From an uncultured delta proteobacterium (lineage in GTDB: Bacteria > Desulfobacterota > BSN033 > UBA1163), in assembly GCA_963708295.1 (NCBI GenBank), contig CAVPSJ010000015.1, positions 160,001-224,000 of the forward strand: 64,000 nt of DNA. Reading direction: 5' to 3'. How positions within the stretch are numbered: the first letter of the stretch is position 1; every line of letters starts with the position of its first letter. A program made the translations under genes and the position numbers. The notes beneath the pieces are model-generated. The model saw only the letters and a list, made by a program, of their open reading frames with translations. It was not told the origin of the DNA and ran no database searches. Shown in pieces: positions 32,043 through 42,679 of this stretch.

Positions 32043-33031
32043 GGAGAGGAAGGACAGAGCTGAAGCATTGAAAGAATCGAACCAAACCCATGTGTTAGTG
32101 ACCGGAGGGGCCGGGTTCCTGGGCTCCCATCTCTGCGAGCGTCTCCTCAAGGATGGAAACGATGTCCTCTGTGTCGACAATTTCTATACGGGGACCAAGC
32201 GAAATATCGCTCCTTTGATAGGGAATCCTTATTTTGAACTCGTTCGCCACGACATTACCTTTCCTCTTTATGTGGAGGTCGATGAGATCTACAACCTGGC
32301 CTGTCCTGCTGCGCCGGTTCACTATCAGAACGATCCCGGTTCAGACCACCAAGGTGAACGTTCATGGCTCCATCAACATGCTGGGGCTGGCGAAACGGCT
32401 GAAGGCCAGGATCCTTCAGGCCTCGACTTCGGAGGTGTACGGGGATCCCACGGTCCATCCCCAGCCGGAGACCTACTGGGGAAGTGTCAACCCCATCGGT
32501 CCCAGGGCGTGTTACGATGAGGGGAAACGGTGCGCGGAAACCCTTTTCTTCGATTACCACCGCCAGAACGGGATTCAGATCAAAGTGGCCCGTATCTTCA
32601 ATACCTACGGCCCCCGCATGCATCCCAACGACGGCCGCGTGGTCTCCAACTTCATTCTCCAGGCTCTCCGGGGAGACCCCATCACGCTCTATGGTGACGG
32701 ATCTCAAACAAGGTCTTTCTGTTATGTGGATGACATGGTGGACGGCCTGATCAGACTGATGAATTCTCCGGATGATTTCACCGGTCCGGTCAATCTGGGC
32801 AATCCTGATGAGGTCAGTATTCTGGAACTGGCAAAGAAAATCACTGAAATGACGGGCTCAAGTTCGAAGATCGTCTTTAAACCCCTTCCTGCGGACGACC
32901 CCAGGCAGCGGCAACCGGTCATCACTCTGGCCAAAGAGAAATTGGGATGGGCCCCGAGGATTCCCCTCGAAGAAGGACTGTCGAAGACCATCGCCTATTT
33001 TGATGAATTGCTGAAGACCAACCAAGGATAG
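32032..33031 (+). CDS. UDP-glucuronate decarboxylase; frameshift near 32335
   Basis: [36 protein letters not shown]. Confidence 0.92.
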
Positions 33032-33055
33032 AAGAGTTCCGGGAGGAAGAAGCTT

Positions 33056-34577
33056 ATGATCAACACCGAAAAGTCATTTGATATTCATGATTACACTGAA
33101 ATCTTCCTCAGGCGGATCTGGTACTTCGTCATCCCGTTCGTTCTCATCATGACAGGAGCGATCCTCTATGCATTTTCCCTTCCCAAAATGTATCGTGCCA
33201 CGACACTGATCCTGGTCACCCCACAAAAAGTTCCGGATACGTACGTCAGACCCACGGTGACTTCGAGAATCGAGGACCGGCTCCAATCGATCGGCCAGGA
33301 GATTATGAGTCGCACACGGTTGGAGCAGGTCATCGCGGAGTTCAAGCTTTATCCGGGGGAATCCAAATCTCTGAGCCCAGAAGAAATCGTCGAAAGCATG
33401 CGGAAGAATATCCGGGTGGAGATCAGAGGGAGAGAAGGTTACTTTACGATTTCTTACATCGGCAAAGATCCAAAAATTGTGACCATGGTGACCAATAAGC
33501 TGGCCTCCCTTTTTATCGAAGAAAATCTAAAATTGCGCGAGCAACAAGCCCAGGGGACGTCTGATTTCCTCTCGGTTGAATTGAATGCCATGAGGACAAA
33601 ACTTGAGGAGCAGGAAGGGACGATCAGCGATTTCAAGAAAAAGCATATGTCTGAGCTCCCCGAACAGCGCGATGCCAACCTGAAGATCTTAGAACAACTG
33701 CAACTTCAATCCCAGAAGGTCAATGACAACCTGAAGGCAGCCCAAGATCGAAAAGTGATCGTTCAAAAACAGCTCTCCGATATGAAAATCCAGATGGCTC
33801 TCGGACCTGTTTCAGAAAATCCAAAAGAGGAAGGGACGGCAACAACAATCCAACCCAATTTGCCCCAACCGCCCACCCCAAAACAGAAGTTGCAAAGCCT
33901 TGAAGCACAACTCAACCAAGGGAGGACCCTCTTGAATGAGCTTAAATCGAAATATACCGAGAAATATCCTGATATCGTGAGGGCCGAAAAGTATGTCGCC
34001 GATTTAGAAGAAAAGGTTCAAGAAGCGAAAGCCTATTATATTGCGATGTCAAACACGAGAGTGAGAGAAACGGCAATTTCGTATTCTCCCATTGCTGAAT
34101 CTGTTCAAGAGATGGAAAGTCAGTTAGTTGCCACGGAGTTGGAAATGAAGAGGCTGCGAGAGGAGGATTCAAGGATCAAAACCAGGATCGCCGGGTTTCA
34201 GGCGAGGGTTGAAAATACACCGATGCGAGAATTGGCCATGGCGAATCTGACGCGAGACTACCAGAACACCAAGGAGGCTTACCAATCTCTCCTGAAAAAG
34301 AGTCACGAGGCTCAACAGGCAGAAAATCTGGAACGGCGTCAAAAAGGTGAGCAATTTAAAGTGATCGATCCTGCCAGGACTCCTGGAATGCCGTTGCAAG
34401 CGATGATTCCCAAAATCCTCCTTTTTGGCCTCATGGTGGGAATGGGTTCCGGTTTTGGATTGGCCTTCTTCAGAGAGCAGATGGATCTTTCTTTCAGGGA
34501 TGCCGAGGATCTGGAGGCGACGATGGGGTTCAAAGTGATTGGCCAATATTCCAAAAATTGAGAAGAAAGCAGCGTAA
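33056..34577 (+). CDS. polysaccharide chain-length determinant (Wzz/Wzc N-terminal, XrtA-type); frameshift near the 3' end
   Basis: two TM helices, long coiled coil, GEQFKVIDPA. Confidence 0.88.
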
Positions 34578-34649
34578 TCGATTCCCACGCACCCTGCCCT
34601 CTCCCAGCTGGGGAGAGGGGAAGGGTGCGGGGAGGTGAAAGGAAAGGCC

Positions 34650-36269
34650 ATGAGTAAGATTTTCGAAGCTTTGGAAAACGCGGAGAAACAGAGGTTAAGG
34701 AATGGATCTTCTCCTTTCGTGAAAGCAAGAGAAGAGAAGAAAACCGCCCCTCCTGTCCCGGAGCCTACAGTAGAGAAGAAGACCGCTCCCATCCCGGGGC
34801 CTAAGGAAGTGCGGATGGAAAGGCCCGCTCCCTCACTTGCTCCGGAACCCAGGGAAGAGAAGAAAACCGCCCCTATCATGGGCTCTCGGCCGACTCCTGT
34901 CCCGGAGCCTAGACCTAGGGTAGAGATAGAGAAGAAGACCGCTCCCATCCCGGGGCCTAAGGAAGTGCGGATAGAAAGGCCCGCTCCCTCATTTGCTCCT
35001 GAACCCAGGGAAGAGAAGAAAACCGCCCCTCCTGCCCCGGAGCCAAAGGTAGAGAAGAAGTCCGCCCCTGTCGTGGGCCCTGCATTTATTCCTCCCCCGG
35101 TACCTAGGGAAGAAAAGAAAACCTTACCCGTACTGGAACCTAAGAGTGGGTGGGTGATAGAAAGGCCCGCCGCCTCATTTGCCCCTGAACCCAGGGAAGA
35201 GAAGAGAACCGCCCCTGTCGTGGGCCCTAAACCGACCCCTGCCTTGGCACCTAGAGAAGAGAAGAAAATCTCGCCTGCCCTGGAACCTAAGATCGAAAAG
35301 ATGGAAAGGCCTGCTCCCTCATTTGCTCCGGACCTCAGGGAAGAGAAGAAGGAACCTACGGTAGAGAAGAAGACCGCTCCCGTTCCGGGACCAAAGGAAG
35401 TGCGTGTGGAAAGGCCCGCTCCCTCATTTGCCCCGGAACCTCCCAGGAAGGAGAGGGTAGAAAAGACGAACGTGGTCCGCAAGGCGGTCCTTCCGGAGAG
35501 ACCGGAGTCTTACCGTCCCCTGGTGTCAATCTCTGAGCCGGGGTCCCTCGGCGCCGAACAGTTTCGGAGACTGAGGACCCACGTTCTCAAACTGAACGTC
35601 TCGGACCCTCCGAAGACAATCATGGTCACCAGCGCCACCGAGGGTGAGGGGAAAACGTTTGTGGCTGCGAATCTTGCGGCTGGCATTGCTCATGACCTCC
35701 ATTTCCATGCCCTTCTGGTCGACTGTGACCTCCGCAGCCCCGCCCTTTCACACTGGTTTGGCGTCCAGAATGGACACGGTCTCTCCGATTATCTGGTGGG
35801 GAAGGGACAGTTGTCCGAGCTGATATTAAAGACCGAGATGGAAAAGCTCAGCATTCTCACAGGGGGAAGCGTTCAAGCAAAACCTGCTGAGCTCATTGGA
35901 TCGAAAAAAATGGAAGCCCTTGTCCATGAATTAAAATCGCGGTACACCGACCGGTATATCATCCTGGATGCCACGCCCCTCCTTGCGACAACCGAGCCTG
36001 AAGTCTTGGCAAGGCTGGTCGATGGGATCCTGATCGTTGTCCGGGCCGGCGTCACTCCCCGAGAAACCGTAAAACAGGCCGTCGCTTCGTTAGATCCAAA
36101 GAAGATCATGGGGTTCGTGCTGAACGAAGTGGAATTTAAATCTTCCGGTCTTTCCGCACGTTATTTTGGGTCGAGTGGATACTACACCAGATATGGCTAT
36201 GGGATCAGAGAGGCTGAGCCCCGGAGCCCGCTGAAAGACATATCCTCGTCTAAGAAAAAATCGGGTTAA
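34650..36269 (+). CDS. CpsD/CapB tyrosine kinase with long Pro/Glu/Lys repeat insert
   Basis: MSKIFEALE, EQFRRLRT, EGEGKT, VDCDLR, DATP, C-terminal Tyr cluster. Confidence 0.9.
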   Translation: MSKIFEALENAEKQRLRNGSSPFVKAREEKKTAPPVPEPTVEKKTAPIPGPKEVRMERPAPSLAPEPREEKKTAPIMGSRPTPVPEPRPRVEIEKKTAPIPGPKEVRIERPAPSFAPEPREEKKTAPPAPEPKVEKKSAPVVGPAFIPPPVPREEKKTLPVLEPKSGWVIERPAASFAPEPREEKRTAPVVGPKPTPALAPREEKKISPALEPKIEKMERPAPSFAPDLREEKKEPTVEKKTAPVPGPKEVRVERPAPSFAPEPPRKERVEKTNVVRKAVLPERPESYRPLVSISEPGSLGAEQFRRLRTHVLKLNVSDPPKTIMVTSATEGEGKTFVAANLAAGIAHDLHFHALLVDCDLRSPALSHWFGVQNGHGLSDYLVGKGQLSELILKTEMEKLSILTGGSVQAKPAELIGSKKMEALVHELKSRYTDRYIILDATPLLATTEPEVLARLVDGILIVVRAGVTPRETVKQAVASLDPKKIMGFVLNEVEFKSSGLSARYFGSSGYYTRYGYGIREAEPRSPLKDISSSKKKSG

Positions 36270-36356
36270 ACCACAAGTCCCTAAACCAAATTCCTATCCC
36301 GGATATCCCTTTCCATTGGCGTCAAGCTTACCCGTTCACAGAGAGTTCACCTCGCC

Positions 36357-37766
36357 ATGATCCTTAGAATTTTTAACCAATATATACCCGCGCGCAAAAT
36401 TGCCTTCTTCTTCATGGAAAGTCTTTTCATCGGGGGGATGGTGATCCTTGGGGCCTACCTCCGTTTTATTGGCAACCCCGCAAGCTTCCATCAGTATGAA
36501 TATCTGATCCTGAAAGCCTTTTTGATTGTAGCCTGCGTTCAGTTTTCTCTCTATTACTTTGACCTCTATGACCTGAAAGCGTTTCGAAGCAATATCGAAC
36601 TGGGCATCCGTCTTCTCCAATCGCTCGGGCTCTCTTCCATTCTGTTAGCTTTTCTTTATTATCTGTTCCCCCTTTTGATCATCGGCCGGGGGATCTTTTT
36701 CATAAGCCTGGGCTTCATGGGTGTGGTGATTGTCTCGTGGAGAATGATCTACAACCATATTCTGAAAACAAGGCAATTTGACCAGAGGATTCTGATCATT
36801 GGTTCAGGGGCTTTGGCGAAGAGCATCTCAAAGGAGATCCTTGAAAGGGTGGATACGGGTTTCAAAATCATTGGATTTATCACCGATCATCCTGATGCAG
36901 CAGGGGCTGAGACGGTGGGGGAGAGATTGGTAAACCCAGCTATTATCGGTGATCCATCCCGGATCCTTGACATAGCCACGAAGGAGGGAGTGGACCGTAT
37001 TATTGTGGCCCTGGAGGAAAGAAGGGGAAAGTTCCCGGATGGCCAACTTTTAGAATGTAAGATGAGAGGGATTGCGATAGAGGAAGGAATCGGATTTTAT
37101 GAGCATCTCACGGGAAGGCTACAGGTGGAAAGCCTTCGTCCGAGTTTTCTCATCTTCTCCGATGGGTTTAAGAAATGGAAATTAACGATGTTGACAAAAA
37201 GAGTCACTGAATTCACTCTCTCCATGATCGGACTAACCCTCCTTTCCCCCTTCATTTTGGTCATCTCCATCTTGATCAAGATCGACTCCCGTGGCCCAGT
37301 TTTTTATAAACAAGAAAGGGTAGGGGAGAGGGGGAAGATATTCAAACTTCTAAAATTCAGGTCTATGATTGAAGGAGCCGAAGCCAATGGGCCGGTCTGG
37401 GCAGGAAAGAACGATGCTCGAGTTACCCGTGTCGGCCGATGGATCAGGAAATGGCGACTTGACGAAATCCCCCAGATGTTTAATGTGCTCAAAGGGGATA
37501 TGTCTTTTGTCGGCCCGAGGCCCGAGAGAGCCTATTTCATTGAAAAACTTCGAGAAGAGATTCCTTTTTACGATCAGCGCTTTTATGTAAAGCCGGGGAT
37601 CACGGGATTGGCACAGGTCAGATACCAGTATGGTGCATCTAAAGAAGATGCGTTGGAGAAACTCATGTATGATCTCTACTATATCAAAAACTTATCATCG
37701 CTATTTGATCTAGTCATCGTCTTCGAAACGATAAAAGTCGTGTTATCTGGGAAAGGGGCAAGGTAA
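36357..37766 (+). CDS. priming sugar transferase (TIGR03013-like)
   Basis: KFRSM, LDEIPQ, GDMSFVGPRPER, KPGITGLAQV, YDLYYIKN. Confidence 0.93.
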   Translation: MILRIFNQYIPARKIAFFFMESLFIGGMVILGAYLRFIGNPASFHQYEYLILKAFLIVACVQFSLYYFDLYDLKAFRSNIELGIRLLQSLGLSSILLAFLYYLFPLLIIGRGIFFISLGFMGVVIVSWRMIYNHILKTRQFDQRILIIGSGALAKSISKEILERVDTGFKIIGFITDHPDAAGAETVGERLVNPAIIGDPSRILDIATKEGVDRIIVALEERRGKFPDGQLLECKMRGIAIEEGIGFYEHLTGRLQVESLRPSFLIFSDGFKKWKLTMLTKRVTEFTLSMIGLTLLSPFILVISILIKIDSRGPVFYKQERVGERGKIFKLLKFRSMIEGAEANGPVWAGKNDARVTRVGRWIRKWRLDEIPQMFNVLKGDMSFVGPRPERAYFIEKLREEIPFYDQRFYVKPGITGLAQVRYQYGASKEDALEKLMYDLYYIKNLSSLFDLVIVFETIKVVLSGKGAR

Positions 37767-37770
37767 GTCA

Positions 37771-37955
37771 GGAGTTCATTGAGTTTGTTGTGTTCATTGT
37801 GTTCGTTGGGTTCAAGGAGCAGGTTTAAGGAGTTCATTGAGTTCATTGAGCTCGTTGGGTTAGCAGAGTCTTAAACCCAAGTAACTCAACTAACCCAAGC
37901 AACCCAATAAACCCAGGTAACCCAGTAACCCAATAAGCCCAACTAACCCAGCAAC
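37771..37955. repeat. inverted 9-mer arrays (GAGTTCATT/GGGTT then AACCCAAGT)
   Basis: direct reading, upstream of bundle gene 1. Confidence 0.85.
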
Positions 37956-37957
37956 TT

Positions 37958-38329
37958 ATGAAAATAACTCGGTTTGAAGATATCGATGCCTGGCAGGAGG
38001 CTCGAAAGCTGGTAAAGATGGTTTATGACGTGATTAAAACGAGTCCTAAATTCAGGAAAGATTTCCGATTGGTAAATCAGGTTCAAGACGCTGCGGTATC
38101 GGCTATGTCCAATATTGCTGAGGGATTTGCAAGGCGGAGTAATAGAGAGTTTGTCCAGTTTCTATTTATATCGAAAAGTTCAGCTGCCGAAGTTCAGAGT
38201 CAATTCTATGTGGCGTTAGATCAAGAATACGTCAACGAGGATGATTTTGAAAGGATTTATAATCAAGCTGAAATCGTTTCTAAACTGGATTCCGGTTTCA
38301 TCAAATATCTGAACTCGCAACCTAGATAA
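37958..38329 (+). CDS. four helix bundle protein (23S rRNA IVS protein / Avd-like), copy 1
   Basis: [33 protein letters not shown]. Confidence 0.92.
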   Translation: MKITRFEDIDAWQEARKLVKMVYDVIKTSPKFRKDFRLVNQVQDAAVSAMSNIAEGFARRSNREFVQFLFISKSSAAEVQSQFYVALDQEYVNEDDFERIYNQAEIVSKLDSGFIKYLNSQPR

Positions 38330-38386
38330 CACGAGCGACTCAAGTAAAAGGGGTTCATTGGGTTCGTTGAGCCTGGTAGGTTTCTC

Positions 38387-39301
38387 GTGTTAAGTAACCC
38401 AAGTAACTCAATGAACTCAAGTAACCCAAGTAACCCAACAAACCCAAGTAACCCAACGAACCCAAGTAACTCAAGTAACGCAATTCGAAGGGGGTTTTTG
38501 AAATCGGCTATTCTTGTTGCCTGTCTCCTCCTTCTCTATTTCCGTGTTTTGCAGGGATTGGTCTCTGATTGGCTCCATCTGCCGGATTTCTCCCATGGCT
38601 TTTTGATTCCGATTGTTTCCCTATATTTTGTTTATGAGAGGCGGAAACAACTCTCAGCCCTCAGCCGTTCCGGTAGCTGGACGGGCTTCGGGCTCTTACT
38701 CCTCGGGATCGTGCTCCTCCTATTTGGAAATCTTGCAAGCGAATACTTCACAATGAGATTTTCGATCTTAGTAGTCCTCGGGGGCATGGTTCTCTTTCTT
38801 TTAGGAAAGGAATGTTTTGGAAACCTTCTTTTCCCTATCGCCTTTTTGATTTTTATGATCCCCATCCCTTCCGTCCTCCTGGACCGGGTCACTTTTCCAA
38901 TGCAACTTTTCGCTTCCAAGGTGGCAGCGAAATCTCTTTACCTGATCGGCATCCCGGCACTGAGAGAGGGCAACGTTATTTTACTGGCAAACACTTCGTT
39001 AGAGGTGGCAGAGGCATGTTCGGGTATCCGGTCTTTGATCTCTTTGCTAGCGCTCTCCGTGGTGTTTGCTTATTTCAGCCAGAATTCAACGTGGAAGAGG
39101 ATTTTACTCGTTCTTTCAACGTTCCCCATCGCGATCATTGCCAATGCCGCACGTGTCACTGGGACCGGAATTCTTGCCCACCACTATGGCGATAAGGTCG
39201 CCCAGGGCTTCTTCCATGGCTTCTCGGGCTGGATTTTATTTGTGGTTGCGTTTATTTGTTTGTTTATTGTGGGAGGGTTGCTATCGAAAATGAAAAAGTG
39301 A
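38387..39301 (+). CDS. exosortase (XrtA-like); true start may be TTG 38498
   Basis: SHGFLIP, VAEACSGIRS, N..R, FFHGFSGW catalytic Cys/Arg/His. Confidence 0.92.
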   Translation: MLSNPSNSMNSSNPSNPTNPSNPTNPSNSSNAIRRGFLKSAILVACLLLLYFRVLQGLVSDWLHLPDFSHGFLIPIVSLYFVYERRKQLSALSRSGSWTGFGLLLLGIVLLLFGNLASEYFTMRFSILVVLGGMVLFLLGKECFGNLLFPIAFLIFMIPIPSVLLDRVTFPMQLFASKVAAKSLYLIGIPALREGNVILLANTSLEVAEACSGIRSLISLLALSVVFAYFSQNSTWKRILLVLSTFPIAIIANAARVTGTGILAHHYGDKVAQGFFHGFSGWILFVVAFICLFIVGGLLSKMKK

Positions 39302-39343
39302 GCCAGTGCTGCAGTTCTGCAGTGCTGCTGTCAGGAGGTGCGA

Positions 39344-40002
39344 ATGAAAATAGAGAGGTTCGAGGATATCCAAGGATGGCAAGAAGCACGATTGCTCACA
39401 AAGAAGATTTATGAACTTGCAAATAAGCTCCCCTTCAAGAGAGATAGGGGGCTTTGCAGCCAGATCCAACAAGCGTCGGTTTCCATCATGGCCAATATTG
39501 CTGGCTCCGCCCCGTAGGGAGTGGCTCTGAAATGTATTACGTTTACGCATTGCAAAGCGTTTTTAAGAAGCGAATCTATATAGGGCAAACAAAAGACCTG
39601 AATAAACGTTTGCAGTATCACAATAATGGGGCTGTAAAATCAACGTGTAAAGATAAGCCTTGGGAATTAATCGCTTTTCAAAAAGTTGAAAGCATAAGTG
39701 CAGCTAGGTGGATAGAAAGAGACCTAAAAAGGTCAAGAGGGAAAAGGATAAGATGGATTAAAGAAAAAAGTTTGTAGGCTACGCGCCGGAGGGAGGGTTT
39801 TGATCGGCAATCCAAGAAGGAATTCAGTAGATTCTTATATTATGCGTCGGGGTCAGCCTCGGAAACTCAAAGTCATCTCTATGTAGCTTTGGATCAAAAG
39901 TATATCTCAGACGTGGATTTTCAGGAGACTTACAACCAGGCAAGGAAGACGAAGAGTCTGATCAACGGCTTTATTTTGTACTTAAAAGGTAAGAAGAAGT
40001 GA
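39344..40002 (+). pseudogene. four helix bundle gene, copy 2, interrupted by a GIY-YIG cassette
   Basis: MKIERFEDIQGWQEAR...VSIMANIA (39344-39502) joins EGFDRQSKKEFSRFL...KKK* (39793-40002) to give a 122-aa intact ORF. Confidence 0.9.
39532..39777 (+). CDS. small GIY-YIG nuclease
   Basis: YYVYAL...IYIGQT..L..RL..HN.G...A...E. Confidence 0.9.
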   Translation: MYYVYALQSVFKKRIYIGQTKDLNKRLQYHNNGAVKSTCKDKPWELIAFQKVESISAARWIERDLKRSRGKRIRWIKEKSL

Positions 40003-40074
40003 CAGCAGCGCTGTAACACCGCAGTACTTTAAGAAACAGCAGCACCGCAGCACGGCAGCACACTTAAACCTAAC

Positions 40075-40719
40075 ATGAATAGAAACTTAAAATTTGCCGC
40101 AGTCGTGATTATCCTTTTAGCTGCTGCGGCCCTGAATCACTATTTTTCCAAACCCGACATCTCGCTGCCTCGAAAGAGTCTGGCTGAATTTCCCATGGAG
40201 TTGGGCGATTGGACCACTCTAAGTGAGCAGAAAATAGAAGGCCGATCCATGGAGGTCCTTCAGGTTGACGACTACTTCATGAGATATTACAGCAATTCTG
40301 AAGGGAAGACCATCGGTCTCTATGTCGGTTATTTCAAATCCCAGAAGGAGGGGAAAGGAATCCACTCCCCAAGGCAGTGCCTGCCGGGTGCAGGTTGGGT
40401 TCCAGTCAATACTGAAGTCTATCAGATGAGCGCCCCCGGTCGTAATCTGAGGACAGTGCCGGTAAACAAGTTCGTCATGGGAAAAGGCCTGGACCGTCAG
40501 CTTTATCTCTTCTGGTATCAAGGCAGAGGTCGCGTCTATGCGAGCGAATACTGGAACAAGATTTACCTCATCTGGGATGGACTGACCAAGAAAAGGACCG
40601 ACGGCGCTCTGGTCAGAGTCAATAATCCCGTCATAGGAAATACCGAAGAAGCCCTCAAAACCCAATCCGACTTCATCCAGTTGTTTTTGCCGCTGCTTAA
40701 AGAGTATATTCCCGATTAA
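40075..40719 (+). CDS. epsI: EpsI family exosortase-associated protein
   Basis: IHSPRQCLPGAGW, FWYQGRGR, RTDGALVRV. Confidence 0.9.
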   Translation: MNRNLKFAAVVIILLAAAALNHYFSKPDISLPRKSLAEFPMELGDWTTLSEQKIEGRSMEVLQVDDYFMRYYSNSEGKTIGLYVGYFKSQKEGKGIHSPRQCLPGAGWVPVNTEVYQMSAPGRNLRTVPVNKFVMGKGLDRQLYLFWYQGRGRVYASEYWNKIYLIWDGLTKKRTDGALVRVNNPVIGNTEEALKTQSDFIQLFLPLLKEYIPD

Positions 40720-40809
40720 TAAATCAAACGATTGGGTATAGAGGACTGAGGGCCGCGGACTGAGGACTGAGTTAAAAATTATATGACTAATTAATGGGAG
40801 GGGTAAATT

Positions 40810-41196
40810 ATGCCGACAGGGAGAATAGAGAAATTTGAGGATTTAATTGCTTGGCAAAAAGCCAGAGAACTGACCAAAAATGTTTACAGAGTTACTAAAA
40901 TTGGTGAATTCTTGAAGGATTTTGGACTTAGAGACCAGATTAGAAGAGCATCTGTTTCGATTATGTCAAATATCGCGGAAGGATTCGAACGAGGGGGACG
41001 CTCCGAATTTCATCAGTTCTTAGTGATCGCCAAGGGCTCCTGTGCAGAATTAAAATCTCAACTATATGTAGCGTTGGATGCTGAATTCATAGACATAGGA
41101 ACCTTCCAAAGTTTAGATGGCTTGGCAAGAGAAACAAGTCGACTTGTTGGTGGATTGCGTGCCGCAGTTTATAGGCAAAAGATGAAAACAAAATAG
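40810..41196 (+). CDS. four helix bundle protein, copy 3
   Basis: [38 protein letters not shown]. Confidence 0.93.
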   Translation: MPTGRIEKFEDLIAWQKARELTKNVYRVTKIGEFLKDFGLRDQIRRASVSIMSNIAEGFERGGRSEFHQFLVIAKGSCAELKSQLYVALDAEFIDIGTFQSLDGLARETSRLVGGLRAAVYRQKMKTK

Positions 41197-41259
41197 CTAT
41201 TAACCTCAGTCCTCATCGCTCAGTCCTCAGTACTCGGTCCACAGTCCTAAGCAAAAAGG

Positions 41260-42456
41260 ATGTTCAGAACCCTACCCCCGACAGCGGCCCCTCTCCAATT
41301 CCAGGATCTTTTATCCGGGGTATTTTCGACTTTGGTCGACCACGGAGCCGAGTCCGGATTGAAGGGGCAAATCCAGGAATATTTCAAGGTGAAGCATGTA
41401 TTTCTCATTTCTTCCGGGAAGGCAGCGCTCTATCTCTCATTAAGAGCAATGCAGCAATCCTCTAAAAGGAAGGAGGTAATCATCCCGGCTTACTCGAGCT
41501 TTTGCCTGGCCTCTGCAGTCGCCCGCACAGGTCTGCCGGTTAAGTTATGTGATATTGATCCGGAAACGCTTGATTTTGATTTGGCTAAGCTGAAATCGAT
41601 GATCACTGAAGAAACCTTGGCCGTTATTCCGGTCCACAACTATGGTCTGGTCTGCAATATGAAGGAGATTCAGGAGATCGCCCTGGGAAAAGGCGCTTAT
41701 GTGCTTGAGGATGCAGCCCAGGCAGCAGGCGCCCAGCTCGGAAAGCGCAAGGCCGGTACGATCGGAGATATCGGCATCCTCAGCCTGGGACGGGGTAAGA
41801 ATATCTGTGCCCTGGGAGGAGGGGTTATTCTTACTGACCGAGAACCACTGGCGTTCCTGATCGACGAATTGCTGGACCTCTACCCGCGAGAACGTTCCTT
41901 CCCGGAATGTTCAAGTATGTTGACGGGCATGGGGCTGAGTCTTTTTCTTGATCCGGAAAGGTATGCTGTTCCTGCTCATCTGTCTTTTTTGAACCTTGGC
42001 GCCAACGTTTTCGACCCGGATTTTAGAATTGCCGGACTTTCGAACGTGAATGCGGAAGTAGGACGACGTGCCTTTTTATCCCTTGATCCATACAATGAAA
42101 TTCGCATACGGAATGCCCGCCTCCTCGACCATAACCTTTGCCAGAATGAGTCGCTGAGAATTCCGAAGCCCCTTGTTGGCGGACAGCCTGTTTACCTGAG
42201 GTTTCCGATTGTATTTCCGGAAAAAGAGGTGCGTCGCCGTGTGTTCTGGATACTAAGGCGGAGGCGGCTTGGAGCAAGCCGTAGCTACCCGGCCCCGCTA
42301 AACGAGATTCCCGCTTTTAGAAGATATCTTTGCGTTGAGGAGGATTATCCCGGAGCAAAGTTTGTCGCGGATAGAATCCTCACGCTGCCGACGCATCCTT
42401 ACGTGAACGAGGATGATCTCCAAAAAATAGTATCAAAAATTGACAGAATAACATGA
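41260..42456 (+). CDS. DegT/DnrJ/EryC1/StrS aminotransferase
   Basis: SSGKAAL, EDAAQA, SLGRGK, LTLPTHP. Confidence 0.88.
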   Translation: MFRTLPPTAAPLQFQDLLSGVFSTLVDHGAESGLKGQIQEYFKVKHVFLISSGKAALYLSLRAMQQSSKRKEVIIPAYSSFCLASAVARTGLPVKLCDIDPETLDFDLAKLKSMITEETLAVIPVHNYGLVCNMKEIQEIALGKGAYVLEDAAQAAGAQLGKRKAGTIGDIGILSLGRGKNICALGGGVILTDREPLAFLIDELLDLYPRERSFPECSSMLTGMGLSLFLDPERYAVPAHLSFLNLGANVFDPDFRIAGLSNVNAEVGRRAFLSLDPYNEIRIRNARLLDHNLCQNESLRIPKPLVGGQPVYLRFPIVFPEKEVRRRVFWILRRRRLGASRSYPAPLNEIPAFRRYLCVEEDYPGAKFVADRILTLPTHPYVNEDDLQKIVSKIDRIT

Positions 42457-42679
42457 ACTGGGTTTATTGAGTTCCAAATAACAGCAGCACCGCAGCACTA
42501 TTAATGGGTTACTTGGGTTTGTTGAGTTCATTGAGTTTATCGGGTTCAAAACTCATAAGTCAAGACTTGAAGTTAGTAACTCATTAACTCACTTGCTTAT
42601 TTTCTTTTGCCTCATTCCAACAGCAGCACCGCAGCACTTTTAAACAACTCAAAACTCATAACTCACCATTCAAAATTCC

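Noticed and set aside
34169-35482. 437-aa minus-strand ORF
   Set aside because: Antisense shadow of the repetitive kinase linker.
39503-39792. Group I intron reading of the GIY-YIG insert (exon ends in T, insert ends in G)
   Set aside because: Only about 45 nt lie outside the ORF, too little for a ribozyme core, and I see no P7 motif.
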